A program made the position numbers and the translations under genes. Below, piece after piece: positions 1-9,747 of a stretch of 27,182 nucleotides of DNA. The notes below the pieces were generated by a model, which was not told where the DNA came from, searched no databases, and was given only the letters and a program-made list of their open reading frames with translations. Source of the stretch: a bacterium (GTDB taxonomy: Bacteria; Zhuqueibacterota; Zhuqueibacteria; Oceanimicrobiales; Oceanimicrobiaceae); the NCBI GenBank assembly GCA_046758365.1, contig JBHIAC010000026.1, positions 1 to 27,182 of the forward strand, written 5' to 3'. The stretch's first letter is position 1; each line of letters opens with the position of its first letter.

Positions 1-1392
1 TATTTCTTCTTTTCAGCAGATGGGTTTCAAAGCTTAACAAAAAAGATTAATATCCCCAAACAAGAAAAATCTAGCGAAATTGAAATGGTGCCTTTTCAAC
101 AATTTCAACAACCACTATTAGAGATGTCAGCAAGCGAGCTCAGGTCTTCCACTTATATACCAAGGAATCCTACCATAGTCGCTTTGATAGTAGAATCAGT
201 TATCAGAAATCTTAAATTTAATTCTAGTCTTACTGATTCAATTCCAGTTCGCGAGTTAGTAAATGGTAGATGGGCGCTTTTACTTGAGCCGAAAAGACAA
301 ATCATAACCTTTTCAGCTATTGGATTCAAGAGTATCTCAAAATTAATTTACATCCCGAAAGAAGTTAGATCTAAAGCAATCGAGATATACATAGAGAGGC
401 CGGAGCCTTTGCCAGGATTTTTATCGGTCATCTCTATTCCTGAAGGGGCTGATTTAATTATCGATGGAAAGCTTCAAGATAAAACCAATGCAAGTTTTTC
501 AATATCGTCAGGAGAACACTTTATAGAATTAGAAAAAGATAACTATGAGACAATTGGGCAAGAAATAGAGATTCTACCTAATGATACATTAGAACTGAAA
601 ATTCCATTGCCTCCACTAGGAATGGTATTAATTCGAGGCGATAGATATGAAATGGGCAATTCATCCGATGACGCCAAGTCTGATGAAAAGCCTGTTCATA
701 CAGTAACGGTAAATGATTTCTTCCTCAGTCAACATGAAGTGACTAATGATGAATTTGTGGAATTCCTAAATGAAATTGGCAACGAACGGGATGGTCAAAA
801 TAATTTATTAATAAATCTAAAAAATTTTATTGTACGAGAAAGAAGTGGCATTGATAAAGCTAGAGGAACGTATTACGTTAAAAAGGATTTTAATGATCAC
901 CCTGCGGTCTTTATAACCTGGTATGGTGCAAAAGCTTTTGCGGCCTGGAAAGGCGGCCGTCTTCCGACCGAGGCGGAATGGGAATATGCAGCGAGAAAGG
1001 GGGGAGAAAATATTCTCTATCCGACTGGAGAGGCCATTAATCATAACAGCGCTAATTATAATGGTAAGGGCGATCGAGATGAATGGAATTGGACTGCACC
1101 GGTAAAAAGTTTTCCTCCAAATCACTTTGGATTGTTTGACTTGGCCGGCAATGTCTGGGAGTGGTGTGAGGATTGGTATAATGAAGAGTACTATAAAAAA
1201 TCACCAATAGATAATCCGCAAGGGCCTTCAATGGGTTCCAAAAAAGTTTTGCGCGGTGGTCACTATGAAAATGCAGCCAAAGACCTTCGATGTACCAAAA
1301 GAGATGGCGAACCACCAGAAGTAGCAGATCATAGAATTGGTTTCCGCTATGTGATTGATGTTCCGAAGTTACAAATGTTATCGGGTAAGTAA
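1..1392 (+). CDS. PEGA-domain + FGE-sulfatase (SUMF1-like, C-type lectin fold) protein, 5'-truncated by the window edge
   Basis: Frame 1 is open from base 1 (YFFFSADGFQSLTKK...) into the ORF called at 85. PEGA-like segment LSVISIPEGADLIIDG...GEHFIELEKDNY; FGE-fold motifs HEVTN, RLPTEAEWEYAAR, PPNHFGLFDLAGNVWEWC, RGG, IGFR. Lacks the CxxxxC catalytic pair of true FGE. Confidence 0.9.
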   Translation, partial: YFFFSADGFQSLTKKINIPKQEKSSEIEMVPFQQFQQPLLEMSASELRSSTYIPRNPTIVALIVESVIRNLKFNSSLTDSIPVRELVNGRWALLLEPKRQIITFSAIGFKSISKLIYIPKEVRSKAIEIYIERPEPLPGFLSVISIPEGADLIIDGKLQDKTNASFSISSGEHFIELEKDNYETIGQEIEILPNDTLELKIPLPPLGMVLIRGDRYEMGNSSDDAKSDEKPVHTVTVNDFFLSQHEVTNDEFVEFLNEIGNERDGQNNLLINLKNFIVRERSGIDKARGTYYVKKDFNDHPAVFITWYGAKAFAAWKGGRLPTEAEWEYAARKGGENILYPTGEAINHNSANYNGKGDRDEWNWTAPVKSFPPNHFGLFDLAGNVWEWCEDWYNEEYYKKSPIDNPQGPSMGSKKVLRGGHYENAAKDLRCTKRDGEPPEVADHRIGFRYVIDVPKLQMLSGK

Positions 1393-1398
1393 AAAGAC

Positions 1399-1505
1399 CT
1401 AGCGGGGTGGATGAAAAGTGCAATTTCTTAGAAATTTTGAACGAAAAATCAATAAGTTAGCGGCTATAATTTATTCAAAATAAGCTTTTTCATCCACCCC
1501 GCTAG
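1399..1505. mobile_element. MITE-like element: perfect terminal inverted repeats flanked by CTAG, central IHF consensus
   Basis: CTAGCGGGGTGGATGAAAA (1399-1417) and TTTTCATCCACCCCGCTAG (1487-1505) are exact 19-bp reverse complements. AATCAATAAGTTA at 1447-1459 matches WATCAANNNNTTR. Confidence 0.7.
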
Positions 1506-1665
1506 CTGGTAGCAACTTGGGCAAGAAGTCCCCCCCTCCCTGAAGACCTAATCCTTACTCACAAATATTGGCAGAAACTTTGCTTTAAGCAATCGTAATT
1601 TCAATATTTACATCTTAAGATTTTTAGCTCCCTAACCTTTTTGCACCTACGTCATCTATTGTTTT

Positions 1666-2709
1666 TTAAAGTTTAATTTCTCTGGTATAACTTAAATATA
1701 TTGTTGTCTGGGTAGTAAAAGGTTGATCAAAGCCAGAGGTGTTCTTCAGTTCTGGATCATAAATACCTGAAAACGAAATTCTAAAAGTTAAATTCCCATA
1801 AGGAATATTGTCTTTTAGAAAGGGCCTTATGAAACTAAAAGTTACGCTTAAAGTATTATTACCACTTGAATTTTCAAAAAGTGGCAATCCAGTAACATCC
1901 TTGCTACTTGTATTAAAAAAAGTAAAAAGATAAGAAAAATCAAGATTCAAGAACATAGAAAACTCTCGGAAAATCAATTCCTTGGAAATGATTGGTCGAA
2001 ATATTGTACCGATCCCAAACGATTTAAAATCTACACGGTCGAAATCACCATGTTTTTCATTAGAAAACTTTCCCATAAGAAATACTCCGAACTCTTTACT
2101 TTTTTCTCCTTTCCTTTCTCCTTTATATTGATATATTAATCCTTGATAGAAGTTAAACTGAATTAAATTTACACTAAATTTTCCTTCAATATCTTCATTT
2201 AAGTTAGATTGTGTGATAATTAATTTATCAGGTGGAACCCCAGGTATGTTTTTCATAAAATTTACTTCGAAATAGTTTTCCTTATTTAAAATGCCTTCCG
2301 GTAGGTAAATTCTTAATTGAGCACCAAAATTTGAATATTTACTTGTGTAAGTACTCTTTTCAATGGCACCGTTTACTGGTAATGTGAAGTTATCTTGAAA
2401 ATAACCAATCGGAAAATTTATTTGTAATATTCCATACTTTCCTGTTTTATATTGAAAAATCGTTTTAAATCCAGAGGTAAATTGCGGTGATAGATTATAA
2501 TAGTTATATGAATCAGGAAAGCGGGGGAAAAGTGAGAGATTAAAATTACTTTCTAATGTGAACGTTAAAAAAGTGCCCAAGAGAGATAATTGTCCAATTC
2601 GAGGAGAAGGCAACTTCATTCCATAAGAGGTATTGCGATCTAATTCACTTGCATGGCATACAGGCACAATAATTAAGCACAATATTAAAGTTATTATTAT
2701 TTTTTTCAT
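1666..2709 (-). CDS. Exported hypothetical protein, probable outer-membrane beta-rich protein
   Basis: 347-aa ORF with Sec signal peptide MKKIIITLILCLIIVPVCHA, many alternating aromatic/polar strands and a C-terminal TIYLSYTREIKL. Starts 25 bp downstream of fcl. Confidence 0.7.
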   Translation of the reverse strand: MKKIIITLILCLIIVPVCHASELDRNTSYGMKLPSPRIGQLSLLGTFLTFTLESNFNLSLFPRFPDSYNYYNLSPQFTSGFKTIFQYKTGKYGILQINFPIGYFQDNFTLPVNGAIEKSTYTSKYSNFGAQLRIYLPEGILNKENYFEVNFMKNIPGVPPDKLIITQSNLNEDIEGKFSVNLIQFNFYQGLIYQYKGERKGEKSKEFGVFLMGKFSNEKHGDFDRVDFKSFGIGTIFRPIISKELIFREFSMFLNLDFSYLFTFFNTSSKDVTGLPLFENSSGNNTLSVTFSFIRPFLKDNIPYGNLTFRISFSGIYDPELKNTSGFDQPFTTQTTIYLSYTREIKL

Positions 2710-2734
2710 GAGAATTAATCCTTACCTAATAAGA

Positions 2735-3682
2735 TTACCTTGAATTAACATTATTTTGTCCGTACCATTCAATTGTCTTTTGCAACCCTTCTTCAAGAGA
2801 AGTTTTAGCTATAAAACTAAATTCACGACTAGCCTTCCCCACATCTAACCATCTTCTAGGTTGGCCGCTTGGTTTACTGGAATCCCAGGTCACGTTCCCT
2901 TTAAATCCCGTATATTTGACAATTAGATCAATTAATTCTTGAATTGAAATTTCATTGCCCGTTCCAATATTAACCGGCTCGATTTTATTGTATCTCTCGG
3001 TCGCTAAAACAACGGCTTCGGCACAATCTTTGACATAAAGAAAATCTCGAGTTACATTTTTATCTCCCCAAACCACGATCTCATCTTTTTTTTCTCTTAT
3101 AGCATCGAAACATTTTTTTATCAAAGCTGGAATCACATGTGAGCTTTCAGTATCAAAATTATCGCCGGGACCGTACAAGTTTGATGGGATCAAATAAATA
3201 GAATTAAAACCAAATTGTTTATGATAAGCTTGAGATTGTACCAAAAGCGCTTTCTTGGCTAAGCCATAGGGCGCATTGGTCTTGTCCGGATAGCCATCCC
3301 AGAATTTCTCCTCTTTAAATGGCACAGGAATATACTTAGGATAGGAACAGACCGTCCCAATTAATACAAGCTTTTCCACCTCAAATCTTCTGGACAATTC
3401 AATTAATTGGATCCCCATGATGAGATTATCATAAAAAAATTTTGCAGGTGCGTTACAATTTGCTTGAATGCCACCAACGACCGCGGCACAATGGATTATG
3501 ATGTCAGGGTGAACTTTGCTTAACAATTTGACGATATCACCCTTCTCACGCAAGTCGAATTCTTGACTCCTGGCAACAAATAGTTTCTGGCACCCTCTTT
3601 CTTTAAGTTTATTCACAACAAACGAACCCAAGAATCCTGAACCCCCTGTGATAAGGAAACTATTTTCTTCGAAACGTTTCAT
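2735..3682 (-). CDS. fcl: GDP-L-fucose synthase (GDP-4-keto-6-deoxymannose epimerase/reductase)
   Basis: GGSGFLG, AAVVGGIQAN, GTVCSYPK, PYGLAKK (YxxxK), NLYGPGDNF...SHVIPALI, RDFLYV. ATGA overlap with the upstream gene. Confidence 0.9.
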   Translation of the reverse strand: MKRFEENSFLITGGSGFLGSFVVNKLKERGCQKLFVARSQEFDLREKGDIVKLLSKVHPDIIIHCAAVVGGIQANCNAPAKFFYDNLIMGIQLIELSRRFEVEKLVLIGTVCSYPKYIPVPFKEEKFWDGYPDKTNAPYGLAKKALLVQSQAYHKQFGFNSIYLIPSNLYGPGDNFDTESSHVIPALIKKCFDAIREKKDEIVVWGDKNVTRDFLYVKDCAEAVVLATERYNKIEPVNIGTGNEISIQELIDLIVKYTGFKGNVTWDSSKPSGQPRRWLDVGKASREFSFIAKTSLEEGLQKTIEWYGQNNVNSR

Positions 3683-4758
3683 CCATCTAATTCAGAATAA
3701 AATTGCCAATCAATTCGACCATGCCACGCTTTATTATTTTCTGAATACCATTTAATCGTTTTAGATAGGCCCTCTTCCCATGAGATTTGCGGTTTCCATC
3801 CAGTGAGTTCATTCAACTTTTTATAATTCACTAAATATTCATTAACTTCGCTTTTTCCAGGTCTAAATCTTTTCTGCTTAACAATAAGCTTCTTTTTCCC
3901 CCAAACACCCATTTTTATACCCACTTTAAGAATAAGATTTAGCCAATCCATAATGGAAATATTTTCCCCTTTTCCACAAACATAAATATCTCCGGGCGTG
4001 CCAAATAGAGCTACATTAATATGCCCCATAACGCCATCGCTGACATAGCAAAAGTCCCGTTTAACCTTGACATTACCCAATTCAATATAATCTTTGATAA
4101 GTGCTTGGGTTATAATGGTGCCAGTGATATACCTTGGATTTTGACGGGGGCCATAATTGTTAAAAAGTCTTGTGATAACAGTAGGCAAACCATAGGCATC
4201 ACAATAATTTCTGGTTAAAAAATCAGCAGCCAATTTTGAGGTACCATAGATACTTTTGGGATTTACAGGGGATCGCTCGTGCAACACAACATTTTTATCA
4301 CTTAAAAAATCATAATGTTGCTTCATTTCGCCATTAAGATTGCCATATTCTTCGGAAGTGCCAGCCATGTTAAACTTAAATAATTTTATGTTATTATCAA
4401 CAATCGATTGCAACAAATACAAGGTACCAATAATATTGGAATTAATGGTATCAAATGGACGTCGCCAGGAATCCCCAACGTGTGCCTGAGCTGCTAAGTG
4501 GAAAACAATTATTTCTTGCCCATTTTTCAAATCTTTAATGGCTTCATCAACCGAGTGCTTGTCTTCCAGATTGCCAAAATAAATTTTAATTTTGTTTTTG
4601 AGAGGTTTTATATTTTTTAAACCGCTGGAGGAAGCTCTTACAAAAGCCCGTATATCTGCCCCCCATTCAACCAATTTCTCCACAAGATGGGAACCAATAA
4701 AACCATCAGCTCCCGTAATAAAAACAGTCCGCTTGTGAAATACTTTTTGAAAATTCAT
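3679..4758 (-). CDS. GDP-mannose 4,6-dehydratase-like extended SDR (divergent Gmd)
   Basis: GADGFIG, HLAAQAHVGDSW, GTSEEYG, YGTSK, RLFNNYGPRQ, RFRP; adjacent to fcl. Confidence 0.8.
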   Translation of the reverse strand: MNFQKVFHKRTVFITGADGFIGSHLVEKLVEWGADIRAFVRASSSGLKNIKPLKNKIKIYFGNLEDKHSVDEAIKDLKNGQEIIVFHLAAQAHVGDSWRRPFDTINSNIIGTLYLLQSIVDNNIKLFKFNMAGTSEEYGNLNGEMKQHYDFLSDKNVVLHERSPVNPKSIYGTSKLAADFLTRNYCDAYGLPTVITRLFNNYGPRQNPRYITGTIITQALIKDYIELGNVKVKRDFCYVSDGVMGHINVALFGTPGDIYVCGKGENISIMDWLNLILKVGIKMGVWGKKKLIVKQKRFRPGKSEVNEYLVNYKKLNELTGWKPQISWEEGLSKTIKWYSENNKAWHGRIDWQFYSELDG

Positions 4759-4774
4759 AGACCCTCACACTTTT

Positions 4775-5977
4775 TTAAGGAAAATATTTTAAACGATTTA
4801 CTCCTGTCTCAACATCATAAAAGTGTATTTCTTTCAATAAAAATACCAGTTTTCTTCGATCTATCGTGTTTCCATATTGACTAGGTATGAACCATCGGTC
4901 AGCATAAAAATCCAATTTGAAGAAATCTTCCTTTTTATGATTCGGTAATTGCAAATCTAAGGAAAAATCTCCTGAGGTTGTCAATACAGTGCTTTGTAGG
5001 AGTTGCTTATTTTTATAAATATTAATATTTAATGGAAACAGCTTGGTAATATTAGGAAGCCGTCCTTGCACCTGAAGACCATTTCCACATTCTGTGGGTA
5101 ACAACAAAACCGTATGTGGACGCATCCACTTGTCAGTATAAAAAGATTGATCCTTAACAAAAGGCCAAAAGACTCTGAGCATGAACCCTAACATAAGTTT
5201 ATAAAGCCAGCGTGTGAGAAGCGACTTATTCAAAAATTGCAGTTTACTATCCGTTCCATAGACAAAGAAGCTAGGCGGGAACCTTTGATGGCTGTATTTT
5301 CGCACCACCTGAACAATTTCCCGAAATCGTTCTCGACCTCCTACTCTGGTTTTTGTATGCCTATGTTCTCGCGAGTAGGCTAAATATTTAGGAATATATT
5401 TAACTTTGAATTGACTGCCAATGCGAATCCAATAGTCCCAATCCAGGCAATATTTAAGACTTGTATCTAAAAATCCAATCTTATCCAAAACCGCGCGGCG
5501 GAAAAAAGCCGTTGGTTGTAAAATAAAGTCCCACCAGTAAATGAGTTTCCACAAATTAAAAGGTTGAACCGGCGCAAATTCCTTTTTCTTTCTTCCTGAT
5601 GTGTCTATTAAATATCCATTTCCATAAATCAAATGGACCTCAGGGGCTTGCTGAAATGCGGCAACCACCTGCGATACCGCATGAGATTCATAGAGATCAT
5701 CTGAGTTCAGCCATGCAAGGATTTCTCCTTGAGCCAACTGGAATCCTTTATTAATAGCATCAGCTTGTCCCTGATCCGGCTCGCTGAGCCAGCGCAATTG
5801 GCTGTCATAGCGTTTTAAAATTTCCTGGGTTCCATCTGTGGAGCCGCCATCAACAATTATGTATTCAATATTTGAATAATCTTGTGCCAGCACACTTTGT
5901 ATGGCAGCTTCAATGAACCGAGCCTGATTATAAGACGGTGTTATAATTGAAACAAGCGGATATTTCAATTTTTTCAT
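4775..5977 (-). CDS. GT2 glycosyltransferase with an extra C-terminal beta-rich domain
   Basis: SIITPSYNQ, VDGGSTDGT, EPDQGQADAINKG, WLNSDD, QPTAFFRR, DWDYWIR. C-terminal ~120 aa run from DKW to FIPSQYGNTIDRRKL. Confidence 0.9.
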   Translation of the reverse strand: MKKLKYPLVSIITPSYNQARFIEAAIQSVLAQDYSNIEYIIVDGGSTDGTQEILKRYDSQLRWLSEPDQGQADAINKGFQLAQGEILAWLNSDDLYESHAVSQVVAAFQQAPEVHLIYGNGYLIDTSGRKKKEFAPVQPFNLWKLIYWWDFILQPTAFFRRAVLDKIGFLDTSLKYCLDWDYWIRIGSQFKVKYIPKYLAYSREHRHTKTRVGGRERFREIVQVVRKYSHQRFPPSFFVYGTDSKLQFLNKSLLTRWLYKLMLGFMLRVFWPFVKDQSFYTDKWMRPHTVLLLPTECGNGLQVQGRLPNITKLFPLNINIYKNKQLLQSTVLTTSGDFSLDLQLPNHKKEDFFKLDFYADRWFIPSQYGNTIDRRKLVFLLKEIHFYDVETGVNRLKYFP

Positions 5978-5989
5978 GGCAAATATATT

Positions 5990-6757
5990 TTATTTGAAGC
6001 CGTGCACCACGATATGAGAGACTTCTAAATCTGGTTGACGACGATTCTTTAAGGTAAATTTTCCGTACGGCTTTATCTCTTTGAATCCAACACAGCGGAG
6101 CATTTCTGCAAGACATACTGGATTTGGGACCCACCAACTACGGCGATCATTATCCGCGGTGCCCACCAAAGTCATCATTGGCATTTTTTCTTTTGAATTA
6201 AACGTGGGGGCACTTATTATAACGCGTTCACGTGTTACGTCATAAAGGCGCTCCAGCGCTAAGATAGGATGTTTCAAATGGCTCATCAAGCTACCCATAA
6301 ACACCAGATCAAATTGTTTGCCTTCGAACATAGCTCTGGTCATGTTATATACATTCACCAGAACGCTTTTAACATTTGAGTGTAGCAATTCTTTTGCAAG
6401 GTCAAATGCTCCATGATGATATCTTTTGTTGTATTCAGATTCTGAACTGGCCTTTGCTATTCGATAATTGCGTTCAGCATCCCCACCAACAAAATCCCAG
6501 TCAAAAAATGAGGATAAATCTGTGGCGGTCACATCAGCACCACGTCTTTCGAATTCAAAACTAAAAAAACCACTACCCCGACCTACATCTAAAACGGTTT
6601 TGCCTTGTAAGTCTTCGGGTATACCATAATAAGGCAGAAGCGGTCGTATATCATAATCCCCATCTGTAACAATTTGATTACCTAAGTCTAGGACATGATA
6701 CCAGTAAAACTGATTTACTCTTTGAAGAATTTTTTCTTTTTCTTCATTGATTTTCAT
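5990..6757 (-). CDS. Class I SAM-dependent methyltransferase (DUF1698/CmoB-like)
   Basis: WYHVLDL, GKTVLDVGRGSGFFSFEFERRGA, FDLVFMGSLMSHLKHP, WWVPN...ML..VGF. Confidence 0.85.
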   Translation of the reverse strand: MKINEEKEKILQRVNQFYWYHVLDLGNQIVTDGDYDIRPLLPYYGIPEDLQGKTVLDVGRGSGFFSFEFERRGADVTATDLSSFFDWDFVGGDAERNYRIAKASSESEYNKRYHHGAFDLAKELLHSNVKSVLVNVYNMTRAMFEGKQFDLVFMGSLMSHLKHPILALERLYDVTRERVIISAPTFNSKEKMPMMTLVGTADNDRRSWWVPNPVCLAEMLRCVGFKEIKPYGKFTLKNRRQPDLEVSHIVVHGFK

Positions 6758-7685
6758 TTATCCAGACGGTTATATCTTTTATTGAATAATTGTATCTTTT
6801 CAATTTTACCATATTTTTTAATAAATATTTGACGTCGTTAAAAAGAAATTTAGGATTGTAATAATTATGGTATATAAATAAAAGAATCGCCAGTATAGAA
6901 ACTATCCAGTCTGGCCAGGGTCTTTTATATTTATAATTGGAACCATAAATCAGAAAATCACTGTAGCCATAAGTCCAAGCAATAGATACGACTCCATAAT
7001 ATTTTTTAACAATGCTAAAAATCTCTCGATAAATCAGTTTCTTTAGGGTGATAGTTTTGTTATTCGAGTGAATTCTAAAAGCAGCTAAATATTCATCTAT
7101 TTTAGCCACTTTGAACTGCGAACCAATACGAATCCAGTAATCATAATCCAGACAAGCCTTAAGATTAACATCAAGGTAACCAATATTTTCAAATACATCA
7201 CGGGTGAAAAAGACCGTAGGCTGGCAAATATAACAGGTTTGGGAGAGTCGCCAATAATCAAATGGCTCTGTGGGATAGCGATTAATAATTTTTGAATTTT
7301 TTGAAATATAATATCCTTCGCCATAAACCATTTTATATTCAGGATGCTTTTGCATAAAACGAACTACTTTTTTAATAGCCCCGGGTAAATAAGTATCATC
7401 CGAATTGAGCCACGCCAAGAGCTCCCCTTTCGCCATCTTTAATCCTTTGTTAATTGCGTCGGCTTGACCTCGGTCAGGCTCAGAGATCCAGGTGAATTGG
7501 CCATTATATTTATTTAAAATATCTAAAGTAGTGTCTGTTGAACCGCCATCGATAACAATATACTCAATATTTTTGTAATTTTGACTCAATACGCTTTTGA
7601 TGGTTTGCTCAATAAAACACCCCTGGTTATAACTTGGGGTTATAATGCTGACCAATGGTCTTTTTTTCTGCTTTAAAGCTCCCAT
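6744..7685 (-). CDS. GT2 glycosyltransferase
   Basis: SIITPSYNQ, IDGGSTD, EPDRGQADAINKG, WLNSDD, ICQPTVFF, DYDYWIR. Paralogue of 4775..5977 without the C-terminal domain. Confidence 0.9.
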   Translation of the reverse strand: MGALKQKKRPLVSIITPSYNQGCFIEQTIKSVLSQNYKNIEYIVIDGGSTDTTLDILNKYNGQFTWISEPDRGQADAINKGLKMAKGELLAWLNSDDTYLPGAIKKVVRFMQKHPEYKMVYGEGYYISKNSKIINRYPTEPFDYWRLSQTCYICQPTVFFTRDVFENIGYLDVNLKACLDYDYWIRIGSQFKVAKIDEYLAAFRIHSNNKTITLKKLIYREIFSIVKKYYGVVSIAWTYGYSDFLIYGSNYKYKRPWPDWIVSILAILLFIYHNYYNPKFLFNDVKYLLKNMVKLKRYNYSIKDITVWINENQ

Positions 7686-7693
7686 GATTTTTT

Positions 7694-8797
7694 TTAACTA
7701 TTACATAACTCCGTCACTTTATTAATCGTTATTTCAGCCACCTTAGACCAGGAAAATTTATTTACCTGATTGTAGCCTTTTACTACCAGAGCTTTTCTAA
7801 AACCTGGGTTTCTGATTAATTGCGCCATGCTATCAGCCATCTCTTCTGGTGCGTTGGGGTTAAAATACAGAGCCGCCGGTCCAGCCACTTCTGGTATACT
7901 GGTAACATGAGAGCAGGTGATGGGACAGCCTACTCTCATCGCTTCTACTAAAGGAATCCCAAACCCTTCAAACTGCGAAGGAAATACCAAAAACACGGCA
8001 TCAGCATAAATATAAGGCAAGTGATTCTTATCGACATATCCAAGATGTCTAACCCGATGGTCCATCTTTAATTCATGGATGTATTTCTGGATGTGATTAT
8101 AACGCATTTGTCTAGAGCCCGTAAAAATTAAGTTAATCGATTCATGATAATCGTCATGGAGTATTTTAAGTGCTTTAATAAGATTGACATGATTTTTATG
8201 AGGCCAACTGTTAGCTGGATAGTAAGCATATCTTTTCGGCAGATTATATTTTTTTTGAATACACTTGCGTAATTCTTCATCCAGCGGCTGAGTAAATATC
8301 TCGTGAGCATCCAGATAAGTAACGATAACCTTTTCTTCCGGAACCTCGCAGTACTCTACAATAGTATCTTTGGAATAATGCGAAAGGGTAAATATCAAAT
8401 TGGCTCGCTGCATAGAGGCGCGATAATTTTGAATTCGCCAGGCAAGCTCTTCCTGGCTAAAAAATTCAGGATATATTTCATGTTGTACATCCGGTACAGT
8501 AATGGCATTTGGAAGGGCTACCTCATACGGTTCTAATATAAGCAGCGGACAAAACCAGAACTCAAATTTAGAAAGTGCCTTTTTCATAGCCAAGATAGGT
8601 TCCCTGTCATTCAATCGTTCGATTGTTAATTGTCCGTTATCGCTTGAAAAAGTTTGATAGGCAGCTTTGCCCAAGAAAAGATGATATCTATGTTGATTAT
8701 ATTGTCGAATGAACTCCTTAACGAGACAGCGCACATATCCCTCCATCCCACCAATTTTATTAGGCATTAACATACGCAAGTTTATTCCAATATTCAT
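7694..8797 (-). CDS. GT4 glycosyltransferase (MtfB/WbdB-like)
   Basis: GGMEGY, DVQHEIYPEFF, YPANSWPHKNH, FPSQFEGFGIPLVEAM (EX7E), SIPEVAG. Confidence 0.9.
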   Translation of the reverse strand: MNIGINLRMLMPNKIGGMEGYVRCLVKEFIRQYNQHRYHLFLGKAAYQTFSSDNGQLTIERLNDREPILAMKKALSKFEFWFCPLLILEPYEVALPNAITVPDVQHEIYPEFFSQEELAWRIQNYRASMQRANLIFTLSHYSKDTIVEYCEVPEEKVIVTYLDAHEIFTQPLDEELRKCIQKKYNLPKRYAYYPANSWPHKNHVNLIKALKILHDDYHESINLIFTGSRQMRYNHIQKYIHELKMDHRVRHLGYVDKNHLPYIYADAVFLVFPSQFEGFGIPLVEAMRVGCPITCSHVTSIPEVAGPAALYFNPNAPEEMADSMAQLIRNPGFRKALVVKGYNQVNKFSWSKVAEITINKVTELCNS

Positions 8798-9747
8798 CTT
8801 GAATTTTCCTTTACCGCAATAAGCGCATAATCACCAGAAATATCCTGTGGAGTGGTTTCTTTCAACTCACCTTTTACAGCAGGCGTTGGGATATTATACA
8901 TAATTTTATTTACTTTAAAACCCTTCGATTGACACAACCATTGTAAAAATTCTGGGTAAATAGGGTACGTATGGGTCGGGTCTAAATAAAACCACCGCAT
9001 GGCCTCAGGATGGTGAGGGTTTATGGTTTCTATTAGACAAATACCTTGGTCAGCAAGCTTTTGAAAACATAATGATAACAAATGATTGAGGTAAGGGAGA
9101 TTCTGATGTTCAACAAATTGGGCCATAAAAATACTGCCTAACGATTTGTCGTGTACTTCTCTAAGATGAGTTACAGCATCTGCCTCTTGAACCTCCAGCC
9201 CCTTATTTTGACAATGTTGAACCATTATCGGTAAAATATCAATACCATAGCATGGAATTGACTTTTCGTTCAATAGTTCAAGAAACTCACCACGACCACA
9301 CCCGATGTCCAAAACATTATCAACTTTCTTAAAATATGAAAGGTAGCACTTAAAATGTTCTTTAATAATCCGTTCACTTCCACGAAACCGATTTTGAAAA
9401 GCCAAATAGTCAAAATCTTTGATGTCCATACTATTTTTCTGAATAATTTTTGTATTCAAAATTTGCGATAGTGCTACTGTTTGTTGTTTTAACTTTTGCA
9501 GATTTTCTTCAAAATATTCTGCCAATTCTCGCATCTTATCCCAAATAGCCACCTTATCTTTGCTGATTTTTGCATTGGAATCTAAGATACATAGTAACAA
9601 ACCTAAAACGATCTCCTTATAATTCTGGTTCTTTTTAAGCAAGTCCAGGGCATATTCAGGTAATTCCTTAAGATGTGGGCTATTTTGACTGATGGCTTCC
9701 AGAATCTGGTGCCAGTTATTTATATTATTTAAATCTTCAGAATTCAT
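8794..9747 (-). CDS. SAM-dependent methyltransferase, putative glycan chain-capping enzyme
   Basis: YLAFQNRFRGS, VLDIGCGRGEFLELL, QFVEH, ETINP, FYLDPTH. Start moved from 9819 to ATG 9747 (MNSEDL), which has an upstream GGAGG and overlaps the wzt end by only 11 nt. N-terminal helical/coiled-coil-like region. Confidence 0.85.
   Translation of the reverse strand: MNSEDLNNINNWHQILEAISQNSPHLKELPEYALDLLKKNQNYKEIVLGLLLCILDSNAKISKDKVAIWDKMRELAEYFEENLQKLKQQTVALSQILNTKIIQKNSMDIKDFDYLAFQNRFRGSERIIKEHFKCYLSYFKKVDNVLDIGCGRGEFLELLNEKSIPCYGIDILPIMVQHCQNKGLEVQEADAVTHLREVHDKSLGSIFMAQFVEHQNLPYLNHLLSLCFQKLADQGICLIETINPHHPEAMRWFYLDPTHTYPIYPEFLQWLCQSKGFKVNKIMYNIPTPAVKGELKETTPQDISGDYALIAVKENSR

Noticed and set aside
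625..1392. True formylglycine-generating enzyme
   Set aside because: The catalytic CxxxxC after RGG is absent (RGGHYENAAKDLR) and no sulfatase lies nearby.
1240..1505. FGE-fold C-terminus plus downstream inverted repeat as a diversity-generating retroelement target
   Set aside because: No reverse transcriptase or template repeat in the window, the C-terminal codons do not show a clear AAY-derived pattern, and the IR has a 69-bp spacer rather than a short hairpin loop. A remote DGR cannot be fully excluded.
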